DNA of 64,000 bases from Candidatus Dojkabacteria bacterium (GTDB lineage: Bacteria > Patescibacteriota > Dojkabacteria > SC72 > JAHDCA01): NCBI GenBank assembly GCA_030583845.1, contig CP129478.1, forward strand, positions 66,655 through 130,654. The letters run 5' to 3'. Numbering within the stretch: position 1 is the stretch's first letter; each line of letters begins with the position of its first letter. Shown here in pieces: positions 38,977 through 48,057 of this stretch. The position numbers and the translations under genes are program-made. The notes under the pieces are model-generated. The model was not told the origin of the DNA. It did not search any database and saw only the letters and a program-made list of their open reading frames with translations.

Positions 38977-40269
38977 ATGAAAACTACAATATCAAATGAG
39001 CCCTACAAGGGCACTGCCGACTGGACGCCAAGCGAATTTAAGATTCGCAAGTATATCTTTGATAGCTGGCGCTCAGTATGTACAAAATTTGGATACCAAG
39101 AATATCTGACTCCGCTGCTTGAGTTTGCCGATCTATATCGCGCAAAATCAGGCGAAGACCTTGGCGGCAAAGAGCTGATGATAGTGATCGACCGCTCAGG
39201 TCGTGAATTAGCTATCCGCCCAGAGATGACTCCATCGGTAACTCGCATGGTGAGCAGGAGCTATGAAGGGGAGGCCAAGCCGATCAAGCTATTCTCGATC
39301 GCCAACTTTATGCGCGGTGAGAAGCCACAGCGTGGCCGTAACCGCGAGTTCTGGCAGCTCAACTTCGACATCTTCGGCGAGAATTCAATCAACGCCGACA
39401 TCGAGATCTTGCAGGTGGCACTTGAGATTATGCTTAGCTTCAACCCACCTGACGGGGCATTCACACTATTCGTAAACAACAGAAAATTAATTGACGCAGT
39501 GCTCAATCGCTTTGCGCAGGTGACTCCAGAGCAGCGAGGCGAGGTAGTGCGCATCCTCGACAAGTGGGAGAAAGAGGAGCAGAGCAGCTTGATTGAGAGA
39601 CTGACACAGATCGGACTAAATGAAGCGCAGATCGCAGCATTAAGAGCCTTCATGGATAGCAAATCAGAGCAAGAGCTACTTACAAATATCCCACAGATCG
39701 ATAGCGAAGAGGGATATCTGGAGATGCGCCAGATTATTGGCAAATTGACCGCACTTGGATATGAGAAGTGGGTGAAATTCCAGCCAAATGTAATCCGTGG
39801 ATTCGACTACTATGATGGCATGGTATTTGAGGTGTTCGACAATAACCCTGAGAATAACCGCTCAATGTTTGGCGGCGGTCGATATAATGGTCTAGCCGAG
39901 CTATTTGGTGTGAATTCATTCCCGGCAACTGGGTGCGCACCAGGCGATGAGACTACTAAGCTATTCCTGGAGAGCTGGGGGTTGCTTGGAAATATCCAAT
40001 TCGATGACCCGACCGATCGATACTATGTGCCGCTTCTTGATGAGAAGTTTTACGACGAAGTAAATCGCATTGCAGCCAAATTACGAAGCGAGGGCAAAGT
40101 GGTAGAGACTGGCTTCGAGGTCGAGGGGGTAGGGAAGGCGTTGAAATATGGCAACAGTAAGAATTTTGGCAATGTCGTGATCTATGGTGACTTCGAGGCG
40201 GAGAAGGGCGTATATAAGGTGAAGGATATGGCGAGCGGCGAGGAGAGAGAGGTGTCGCTTGCCGAGTAA
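38977..40269 (+). CDS. hisS: histidine--tRNA ligase
   Basis: Class-II motifs (RPEMTPSVTRM; GGGRYNGL). C-terminal anticodon-binding domain. Length 430 aa. Confidence 0.9.
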   Translation: MKTTISNEPYKGTADWTPSEFKIRKYIFDSWRSVCTKFGYQEYLTPLLEFADLYRAKSGEDLGGKELMIVIDRSGRELAIRPEMTPSVTRMVSRSYEGEAKPIKLFSIANFMRGEKPQRGRNREFWQLNFDIFGENSINADIEILQVALEIMLSFNPPDGAFTLFVNNRKLIDAVLNRFAQVTPEQRGEVVRILDKWEKEEQSSLIERLTQIGLNEAQIAALRAFMDSKSEQELLTNIPQIDSEEGYLEMRQIIGKLTALGYEKWVKFQPNVIRGFDYYDGMVFEVFDNNPENNRSMFGGGRYNGLAELFGVNSFPATGCAPGDETTKLFLESWGLLGNIQFDDPTDRYYVPLLDEKFYDEVNRIAAKLRSEGKVVETGFEVEGVGKALKYGNSKNFGNVVIYGDFEAEKGVYKVKDMASGEEREVSLAE

Positions 40270-40296
40270 ATCAAGCAAGTATAAAGTTCCTATCAA

Positions 40297-40929
40297 ATGG
40301 AGAATGACCATCAGCTAAAAGATATATTTGTAAGGCCAGCAAGGCAGATTGGGATTGTGGTCTTGGTCTGTGTAGTGCTGTTTGTTCTGCTTGCAATCCT
40401 CTCTTCGGCGAAGAATGCCCTGCTTGGGGACAGATCAACTGACAACGACCAGAACGAGCAATCAGACGAGCCTGCAGAGCCAGGCTTTGCAGGCCAGACA
40501 CTTACAACAGAGAGATTCTCACTTAAAGTGCCATTTGAAGATGGTAAGCTCAATTCATATCAGAGCAGCCTCCCAGTCGACGGTCACGATGAGCCGTACA
40601 GCTACTACGAGGTCGCTTCTCAGGCTGATCCCACTGCAAAAGTAATAGCTGTAGAGCATGAGAGCGATAAAGATCAAAGAACAGAGATAATCGAGCGAGG
40701 TGAAATGCTTTTCCCAAGCCTGGTGCAGGGCATGCCAGCTGTAACCGAACTCACAATCAATGAAGTGAAATATACGAAGGTCACATATGACCAGTGTAGC
40801 GAGGTAGACTGCATACAGGCGATGGAACGAAGCTACTACTACATGCGGCTTTACGAGGATACCGTCCTATACATGTATCTCGGAGAGTATGATACTGAGG
40901 TGCTTTCGACATTCCAGTTGAGCAACTAG
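40297..40929 (+). CDS. hypothetical protein with N-terminal TM
   Basis: 210 aa. Signal-anchor helix followed by a soluble acidic domain. Confidence 0.35.
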   Translation: MENDHQLKDIFVRPARQIGIVVLVCVVLFVLLAILSSAKNALLGDRSTDNDQNEQSDEPAEPGFAGQTLTTERFSLKVPFEDGKLNSYQSSLPVDGHDEPYSYYEVASQADPTAKVIAVEHESDKDQRTEIIERGEMLFPSLVQGMPAVTELTINEVKYTKVTYDQCSEVDCIQAMERSYYYMRLYEDTVLYMYLGEYDTEVLSTFQLSN

Positions 40930-40950
40930 TCCGGGCTACAGCTCCCTTGA

Positions 40951-42081
40951 TTACTGCTGAGAGTTATAGTAGTTGAGCCACCTCTTGTTAACACTTTCAA
41001 GTAGCTCTTCGTTTGTCATCCCTTTATGTATAGGATGCGGACAGACAGTACCATATTCCAATGCACACTGGTCATTCCAGTACTCGACTTCATACTCCAT
41101 ACGGTGCTCATACTCTTGACGACTCTCTAGATCGTCTGGTTCGTTGCCGAAGATAAAGTACTTCTCTGTCGTGTCGAATGATCCGATCAGGGCCGCAATC
41201 TTGTCTGACTCTCCCACCAAGGTCTCTTCAGTCGCTCTGATCGTATGTCTGAATTTCTGACCGTACTGATCTTCAATTGCATAGTCGATGACATATACGG
41301 TCTCTTCATCCGGCACGCCATCATCATCCAGCATCTCTAGATAGATATATAGTTTCTCAAATTTAGAATCCTCAACATTAATCACGCCGAGCATATAGAA
41401 ATCATTGCTTTCCCCCCATATCTTATTGGCTCTAGTCTGGATAAGTGATTGCTCGGTTACCCACTCTAAACTACGACCATAAAACGCATGGTATTTAAAG
41501 TATGTAATCTGAAAAGGTGGAGTCTCGGTAGAACCGGTTACTCCAAGGTCGGTGCGATACTGTACGAAGTTGTGATACTTGTTCATGTTGTTCTCGCATA
41601 GCTGACAGAAATACTCACTGCGCGCTATAACGCTTCCGAATGGTGCAGGTGCCATGCTCTTATCTACTAGATAGCTCATCCCATGCAGATTATAGTTCTC
41701 CTCAAGTCCATGATTTTCCGGGTAGGGTGCATCAAACAGATATACTGTCGGATATTTAAATCCGTATATCTCCTCAATATCTTCTACAGACTCTATCTCC
41801 GGTATGTCGAACTGATAATCCTTAAGAACCTCGTCCACATTGCTGAAATTAAGGAGTACGGGCTCGAGTACAGCGGATTCTATCGGAGACTTCTCCTCTA
41901 TAGGTGGCTCTTCCTCAACTGCCGGAGGTGGATCAACCTCTTCTAGTTGTGTCTCACTATTTAAGATATATATAGATGTTGCGGCTGAGGCACAGCAGCA
42001 GAGCATTAAGACCAGAAACAGTGCCGCGACCAGTGCTGGGATGAAGTACTTGTGCTGAGTAATGTTTTTCGTTGGTTCCAT
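40951..42081 (-). CDS. hypothetical protein with N-terminal TM
   Basis: 376 aa. N-terminal TM and an aromatic/acidic-rich extracytoplasmic region. Confidence 0.35.
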   Translation of the reverse strand: MEPTKNITQHKYFIPALVAALFLVLMLCCCASAATSIYILNSETQLEEVDPPPAVEEEPPIEEKSPIESAVLEPVLLNFSNVDEVLKDYQFDIPEIESVEDIEEIYGFKYPTVYLFDAPYPENHGLEENYNLHGMSYLVDKSMAPAPFGSVIARSEYFCQLCENNMNKYHNFVQYRTDLGVTGSTETPPFQITYFKYHAFYGRSLEWVTEQSLIQTRANKIWGESNDFYMLGVINVEDSKFEKLYIYLEMLDDDGVPDEETVYVIDYAIEDQYGQKFRHTIRATEETLVGESDKIAALIGSFDTTEKYFIFGNEPDDLESRQEYEHRMEYEVEYWNDQCALEYGTVCPHPIHKGMTNEELLESVNKRWLNYYNSQQ

Positions 42082-42132
42082 GGGGAATTATATCACTACA
42101 GATTCGTACCGCAATACAATAATTAGTGAAAG

Positions 42133-42810
42133 CTACTTCTTCTTCAGCAACAAAACTGCCCCAATGCCCACCAATATCACTGGCCAGATATCGCCGAAGT
42201 CAAACCATCCGAGTAATCCCATATTCTCAAGCCAGAAATAGCATCCCAGGAATACAGCGATGAGACCGAAAACAGTTCGTGCATTGCCCTGCTTGCTACC
42301 CTCTTTGACTGATTCCCAGATATCGTTGCCTTTGCTTACAACATCTGCGGTATTCTTGCGGATCGATTCTTCATTGATCATCTCTGAGCTAGATACACCA
42401 GCGACACCATCATCTTCAGGGATCAAGATCCAGAGCGCGATATAGAGGAATACACCTGCGCCACCTGCCATTGTGAGTGCGATGAAGGCGAGTCGTACCA
42501 GGATAGGGTCGACCTCGATATACTCGGCTATACCTGCACAAACACCGCCAATGATTGAATCGGAGCTGCGGTGGAGGCGCTTGGTCGAGGTAAATTGGAC
42601 CTTGGGAATGCCTTCTTCTTTGGTCGGTCGCTCGGGCTTAGGGGCTGGCTCGGACTTGGGAGCTGGGTCGGCTGCGGGCTGCTGTGGAATCTCCGTTACG
42701 GTCGCCGCTACATTCTCGGCTGCTTTAACATTCTTGGCTGCATTCTCAACGCCTGATTTTGCTTTTGAAGGTTTGATTTTACCTTTGCTTTTCTTAGAGG
42801 TAGTTGCCAT
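42133..42810 (-). CDS. PspC-domain membrane protein
   Basis: PspC domain (SSDSIIGGVCAGIAEYIEVDPILVRLAFIAL) plus additional TM helices. Confidence 0.6.
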   Translation of the reverse strand: MATTSKKSKGKIKPSKAKSGVENAAKNVKAAENVAATVTEIPQQPAADPAPKSEPAPKPERPTKEEGIPKVQFTSTKRLHRSSDSIIGGVCAGIAEYIEVDPILVRLAFIALTMAGGAGVFLYIALWILIPEDDGVAGVSSSEMINEESIRKNTADVVSKGNDIWESVKEGSKQGNARTVFGLIAVFLGCYFWLENMGLLGWFDFGDIWPVILVGIGAVLLLKKK

Positions 42811-42847
42811 ATCTGTTTAATATTTGCAGGTTAGCTAATAGGTGGGG

Positions 42848-43147
42848 CTATTTCTTGCCGTTGTCACCCTTAAGACCCTTCTCAACACCCTTCATCACCT
42901 CGTTGGCTTTCTCTGCCATCTCGTTTGCACCTGTGGAAACTGTGTCACTGCCTGACTTAGCTGTATCAAGAGGGAGGATTAGCCAGAGGATGAGGTAGAT
43001 CCAGAAGGTAGCACCCATGAAGAATGCTGCAACGATGAATAGTACTCGTACAAGCATTGGATCGAGTCCGAAGTATGCTCCTAGTCCGCCGCAGACGCCT
43101 GCGATTACTTTATCTGATGAGGAGCGTGTAAGTCTTTTCTCTGCCAT
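42848..43147 (-). CDS. PspC-domain protein (short)
   Basis: PspC domain (SSSDKVIAGVCGGLGAYFGLDPMLVRVLFIVAA). Lies in tandem with the upstream PspC-domain gene. Confidence 0.6.
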   Translation of the reverse strand: MAEKRLTRSSSDKVIAGVCGGLGAYFGLDPMLVRVLFIVAAFFMGATFWIYLILWLILPLDTAKSGSDTVSTGANEMAEKANEVMKGVEKGLKGDNGKK

Positions 43148-43233
43148 TTTGTGATGGTAATAATTTATGTATATGTATGGTATATGTTAGCACAGTGGGG
43201 GAGGTTTGAGTACTGGCTTAAGTTGACGCTGCT

Positions 43234-43950
43234 TTAATGGAGCGTTTGAGTTCCTGCCATCCTGAAAGCTGACTCAAAGTGATCTCCAAATGGAAAAATC
43301 TTGACGCTGATTAGACCCATTCTCGACCTTGTCAGATCTTCAACTATTCCCTCTGGCTTTGAAAGGTTAGCCTTGGAGATAAAGTGTAGTGCCTGTTTGG
43401 TGTTAAACAGATGCATAAAGAGTCTGCGGGTCATAGCAATGTACAGCTCTTCTTCGGCCTCCTCTTCTTCTCCGATAAACTCCCATGCTATATTGTAACG
43501 AGAAAGTTTGACTGAGGCCGTCTTTAACAGTCGTCTCTGAGCCTCCTGCGCTGTCATACACTCACCTCGCGATTTCGCCTTATCTTTAGCATTAATGTAG
43601 CCATGAACAAGTGCTCCATCTACGAGTTCATAGCACTCCTCATAAAAGCAGCTCAGAGTAGCTCTAAACTGGTCAAATAGATCAAAAGGGGTACGTTCTT
43701 CAATACCTGTCTGACGCAAATTATCGTGATCAATAAAATCTCTAACAAACTTTGCCATACCAATTATACGATTAGATTCTCCTGCGTACTCCATACTTCC
43801 ATAGGATTCTTGGATAATAAGCCCCAACAGTCCCATCGATGCCGCGAGGCTCATTCCTGGCTTCTCTGTTTGCTCTTGTCTGTGTTCTAGCCAGCCCACT
43901 AGGGTGGGAGAGATTGTTTTTAGTTCAGGTTTCGTAAGCGTTTTATCCAT
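43234..43950 (-). CDS. hypothetical protein
   Basis: 238-aa soluble ORF at the left border of the R-M island with no motif recognised. Confidence 0.3.
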   Translation of the reverse strand: MDKTLTKPELKTISPTLVGWLEHRQEQTEKPGMSLAASMGLLGLIIQESYGSMEYAGESNRIIGMAKFVRDFIDHDNLRQTGIEERTPFDLFDQFRATLSCFYEECYELVDGALVHGYINAKDKAKSRGECMTAQEAQRRLLKTASVKLSRYNIAWEFIGEEEEAEEELYIAMTRRLFMHLFNTKQALHFISKANLSKPEGIVEDLTRSRMGLISVKIFPFGDHFESAFRMAGTQTLH

Positions 43951-44052
43951 GCGGGATTATACCGCTAGTAATAACATAACGCTATAGGGTTGCGACATAT
44001 TAAGAAGTAAATGAGGCAACGCTGATGTTTCCGTTTAACTGGCGTAGAAGGC

Positions 44053-44127
44053 TATACCCAGCTGGCCTCAGTCTCCAGAAAGATTATAGAGCAACTCAAG
44101 TTGAAAGATTTCACCGCTGGGTATAAT
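44053..44127 (+). promoter_or_regulatory. candidate autoregulatory operator and promoter of the HTH-methyltransferase
   Basis: 10-bp inverted repeat TATACCCAGC (44053-44062) / GCTGGGTATA (44116-44125). The downstream copy overlaps the GGGTATAAT -10 (44122-44127). A CCAGCTGG palindrome is also present at 44057-44064. Confidence 0.45.
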
Positions 44128-44149
44128 ATATCACTAAATTGAAACCGTT

Positions 44150-45364
44150 ATGTATTTATCACAGAAATTACAACAAGAGAGAGAATTTAAAGGTCTAACT
44201 CAAAGAGAGCTTGCCGACTTATCTGGGGTAAATTACTCAACAATTACCAAGCTTGAGAGCGGTGTGTATCAAAATCCTACTCTCGATACCATTATGAAAA
44301 TAAGTAGCGCCCTTGAGATAAAGATTGAAAGTCTCTTACAACCGCGGAAAGAATTTGGAATGCCTTCTAACACAATGATTGAATCCCACGCTGAAGTCAA
44401 AGGTGTAAAATTTACCTTTATTGACCTCTTCGCAGGTATTGGAGGAATTAGAATTGCCTTTGAGAGGCAAGGCGGGCGCTCTTTGTTTTCTTCTGAAATT
44501 GATAAGTATGCGGTTAAAACCTACCAAGCTAACTACGGTGAGACGCCTGCTGGCGATATTACCCAAATTGATGCCACAAATATACCTGATCACGATATTT
44601 TACTAGCAGGATTTCCATGCCAACCTTTTTCAATCGCTGGAGTTTCAAAAAGGCAGAGTTTGGGCAGGGGTCACGGTTTCTTTGATGAAACAAAGGGAAC
44701 ATTATTTTTCGACATCGCAAGAATTATTGAAGTGAAGAGGCCTAAAATCGTGTTTCTCGAAAATGTGAAGAACCTTATGTCACATGATAAAGGAAGGACT
44801 TTCGAAGTAATAATCAACACACTAAAAGAGCTTGATTACATACCATACTATAAAGTTAATGACGGACAGCATTTTGTCCCACAGCACAGGGAAAGAACAA
44901 TTATTGTAGCTTTTGATAATAAAGTATTTAAAGGCAAAGAGAATTTTGAATTTCCAGAGCTACCTAAAAAAGAAGTGAGGCTCTCAGATATTCTTGAAAA
45001 AGAGGTTGACCCTAAATATACACTTACTGATAAACTGTGGGAGTATCTTCAAAACTATGCGAAAAAACATAAAGAAAAGGGTAATGGATTTGGTTATGGG
45101 CTTGCTGATTTTAATGGAATCACTAGAACCTTAAGTGCTAGGTATTACAAAGATGGATCAGAGATTCTTATCCCTCAGGAAGGTAAAAACCCAAGAAGGC
45201 TTACCCCAAGAGAATGTGCAAGACTTCAAGGTTTCCCTGAGGATTTCATAATTCCTGTTTCCGATACACAAGCATATAAGCAGTTCGGAAATGCTGTAGT
45301 TGTTCCTTTAATGGAGTACTTAGCTAATTCAGTTGTTAAATCATTAGGATATGTTAGAAAATAA
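44150..45364 (+). CDS. DNA (cytosine-5)-methyltransferase with an N-terminal XRE-type HTH regulatory domain (M.EcoRII/M.SsoII-like)
   Basis: N-terminal HTH ([23 protein letters not shown]). C5-MTase motifs [50 protein letters not shown] and [10 protein letters not shown]. Confidence 0.9.
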   Translation: MYLSQKLQQEREFKGLTQRELADLSGVNYSTITKLESGVYQNPTLDTIMKISSALEIKIESLLQPRKEFGMPSNTMIESHAEVKGVKFTFIDLFAGIGGIRIAFERQGGRSLFSSEIDKYAVKTYQANYGETPAGDITQIDATNIPDHDILLAGFPCQPFSIAGVSKRQSLGRGHGFFDETKGTLFFDIARIIEVKRPKIVFLENVKNLMSHDKGRTFEVIINTLKELDYIPYYKVNDGQHFVPQHRERTIIVAFDNKVFKGKENFEFPELPKKEVRLSDILEKEVDPKYTLTDKLWEYLQNYAKKHKEKGNGFGYGLADFNGITRTLSARYYKDGSEILIPQEGKNPRRLTPRECARLQGFPEDFIIPVSDTQAYKQFGNAVVVPLMEYLANSVVKSLGYVRK

Positions 45365-46529
45365 TTTTGCAGGTCAGGCAATTGAGGCTGTTAAAAGAGG
45401 TTCTGTAGCTTTCTCGAAATTTATAACTTCAAACGATGCTGGAGTAACTGGAGGTCATCAAAGTGGATTCCATCTACATAAGAACTCATACCCTCTTTTT
45501 TTTGAGACTCAAGGAGTCAAAGGTGAAAATAGTGAAAAATTTGCAAAGATAAAATGGCAGGGAGATTTTGAAACAGACAGCAGGTTTATCTACTATGGGG
45601 TCGGTACAAGAGATGAATACAGACTTACAAGGTTCGGCAAAGGATTTCCGTTTTTAACAGAGGAAAGCGTTGGAAACCTTCTTATTCTTACTAAACAGAC
45701 AGATGAGTACTACGAGGCGTTTGTACTTTCAAGTGATGATGAGATAGAAACCTTCTTCAGTGCATTCGGCATAAGTCCACAGGAAACAAATAAAATCATT
45801 CCTAAAACAAATACTGTAAGTGTTGAAGATCAGCTTATGAAGATGTTTGAGGCTTACATAGGTACTATCAGCGTTGATTTCCCTCTTACAACCGAGATTG
45901 CAGATAATGCTAGGAAAATAATTATGCAGGTTTCTGGAATATCTACAATTGATGTCAAATCTAATCCAGATAAGGAGCTTTTGAGATGGCTTGATACAGA
46001 GTATAAGTTATTTAAAACTATTGAGAATAATAGATATTCAAACATCATAGGGCAACCTTTTAAGGATGTAGATTCTTTCATACAAACAGCGAACAGCATT
46101 TTAAATAGAAGAAAAAGTAGAGCTGGAAAGTCACTTGAGCATCACCTTTCAAATATGTTTACAACTTTTGATTTGAAATTCAGTGAGCAGACTGTAACAG
46201 AAGAGCACAAAAAGCCTGATTTCATCTTCCCAAGCCCGGAAGCATATCACAATTTTTTATTTGATCAGAATAAGCTTGTTTTTCTTGCAGCGAAAACAAC
46301 ATGCAAAGACAGATGGAGACAGATCTTGAATGAAGCTGACAGAATCAAAGTAAAACATTTATTTACATTACAGCAGGGAATATCTTCCAATCAGATGAAA
46401 GAAATGACGCGCTACAATGTTAAACTTGTTGTTCCAAAAGAATATATAAACACTTATCCTAAGGAGTACAGAGAAGGAATTTATTCGCTTGGTCAGTTTG
46501 TAAGATACGTCGATGCAACTCAAAAATAG
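45351..46529 (+). CDS. EcoRII-family type IIE restriction endonuclease (likely CCWGG-type specificity)
   Basis: Overlaps the MTase end by 14 nt. The N-terminal effector domain ([18 protein letters not shown]) resembles the EcoRII-N B3-like domain. C-terminal catalytic-domain signatures [42 protein letters not shown] and HLFTLQQG match my recollection of EcoRII; this comparison is from memory and was not aligned. Confidence 0.7.
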   Translation: MLENNFAGQAIEAVKRGSVAFSKFITSNDAGVTGGHQSGFHLHKNSYPLFFETQGVKGENSEKFAKIKWQGDFETDSRFIYYGVGTRDEYRLTRFGKGFPFLTEESVGNLLILTKQTDEYYEAFVLSSDDEIETFFSAFGISPQETNKIIPKTNTVSVEDQLMKMFEAYIGTISVDFPLTTEIADNARKIIMQVSGISTIDVKSNPDKELLRWLDTEYKLFKTIENNRYSNIIGQPFKDVDSFIQTANSILNRRKSRAGKSLEHHLSNMFTTFDLKFSEQTVTEEHKKPDFIFPSPEAYHNFLFDQNKLVFLAAKTTCKDRWRQILNEADRIKVKHLFTLQQGISSNQMKEMTRYNVKLVVPKEYINTYPKEYREGIYSLGQFVRYVDATQK

Positions 46530-46558
46530 TGACAGACAACTAACAAAGAGCCTAGAAT

Positions 46559-46645
46559 ATGTCTAGAGACACCTCGGTAAGACAGATTCTTGAAAATAAA
46601 GAATGGAAAGTGATCTATATATGGGAATGTAAAATGAGAACCGGA
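46559..46645 (+). pseudogene. vsr: remnant of very-short-patch repair endonuclease gene vsr (C-terminal about 27 codons only)
   Basis: Translation RDTSVRQILENKEWKVIYIWECKMRTG matches the Vsr C-terminus (...RDRRVNEALEAQGWRVLIVWECALRG). In-frame stops lie immediately upstream. Only 29 nt separate the REase stop from this fragment, so about 120 N-terminal codons are missing. Confidence 0.6.
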
Positions 46646-46693
46646 CATAATATTTTCAAAATTTTACGAATACAAGATCTTGCTGATAGCAAG

Positions 46694-47914
46694 CTAATCA
46701 GGTGGCTCTTGGATATGTGCTTGAAAATAGATTATCTCGTTGACCAAGTTTTTCTGCGTATACTTCATTTCTTGGTATTTGTAGTAATCATTGAAGTACC
46801 CACTTAGGCTTGCGAGTTGCCTGCTGAATCTTCCAAGAAATGCTGTTACGCCTTCTAAAGTGAAATCAACAGAGTCAATGCCATCACCTAGGTCATCTAA
46901 CATCTTTCTGCAAACAAAGTATCGACCAAAATCCGTACTATTACCACGCAGCTTCGGTTTTGTTATTAAAAGTGGTTCATAGATGGGCTTGTAGATGTCG
47001 AGTTCCATTTCTTCGCTCATGTTCTGCGTAGCTTGGTGCAACCTTATTGCCCTTGTAATCGTATCATTTGATCTTGGCTCCAATACTAAAAGCTGGCTAT
47101 AGGCATATTTTATTACTGAAGAGACGACGGTCCCACTATACTTCTTCAAAGGCATATCTTTATCTTTTTTCCAATCTAGAAGTGTTGATAACACTACGCC
47201 CCAAAATATATAACGACCATATTCACACTGTAGGCAACTGTTGGGTGTTTCTGATAAAACTTCTTTCGAGATTACAAAGAGATAGAAAGAAACAACTTCA
47301 GACATGAGTGCTCCTTGTGAGATATCATGCAGTAACTCTCTATCACATTCTGCTACATTCCTTATACAGTTCGTTGCAATGCTTTGTGCGATACTCTTGC
47401 TGTTGTCTTCAAGTTTTCGTGGTCTTTCATAATCATTAACCCAAGTAAGATCGAGCCACTTTGATAAACAGATAAAACCGTTAAGAAGATGATTTATACC
47501 TTTAGTATTACCATGTACAACCACCTCATATAAAGACTCCGTGATTTTATCCATTCTACCTCGCCTAGAGTTAATCCAAATTTCCAACGGGGACAATCTG
47601 ACGCCAAACGGCACTAAGGCATTATACACAAGCAAGTTAGTTGCGATATCAAAGGTGTATGGGCCACCTGCATTAATTTCGTGAGAACGTATTTCACATA
47701 GGTAGCTATGAGGCATCCTTTTCAATACTCTACCAATAACAGAGACATACAATGAAAAATCTTTGAGGGTTAATAGTTGCGGCGTGTCAGCATTACCAAA
47801 AAAGCTATCTATTAATCGATTCGCCAGAAAATAATCCCCTTCCAACTCAGTTTCGCCCACAAGTGCAAGGGTAATTATTCGCCAATTCTCACATTCAGCG
47901 TCTAAAACTGCCAA
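46694..47914 (-). CDS. hypothetical 406-aa protein adjacent to the R-M module (possible defence-associated, HEPN/Abi-like?)
   Basis: AT-rich like the R-M genes. Soluble protein with a single Rx4H match (RAIRLH). No confident family assignment. Confidence 0.4.
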   Translation of the reverse strand: MAVLDAECENWRIITLALVGETELEGDYFLANRLIDSFFGNADTPQLLTLKDFSLYVSVIGRVLKRMPHSYLCEIRSHEINAGGPYTFDIATNLLVYNALVPFGVRLSPLEIWINSRRGRMDKITESLYEVVVHGNTKGINHLLNGFICLSKWLDLTWVNDYERPRKLEDNSKSIAQSIATNCIRNVAECDRELLHDISQGALMSEVVSFYLFVISKEVLSETPNSCLQCEYGRYIFWGVVLSTLLDWKKDKDMPLKKYSGTVVSSVIKYAYSQLLVLEPRSNDTITRAIRLHQATQNMSEEMELDIYKPIYEPLLITKPKLRGNSTDFGRYFVCRKMLDDLGDGIDSVDFTLEGVTAFLGRFSRQLASLSGYFNDYYKYQEMKYTQKNLVNEIIYFQAHIQEPPD

Positions 47915-48057
47915 GGATACTTCTTAGCCATCAATATTCTTAAAAACCTTCTAGGATTTAACAATTTCCTTCTTGTTTGCGGATACAACAAAAAACCCTC
48001 AATGTATGAACTGTGCATACTTGTAAATCTGCAAAGTTAAATCAGTACATTACATCA

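Noticed and set aside
46646-46807. C-terminal 53 residues of the 82-aa ORF 46559-46807
   Set aside because: Only the first 29 codons resemble Vsr. The remainder is read-through into the 3' end of the convergent 406-aa gene and is treated as non-coding.
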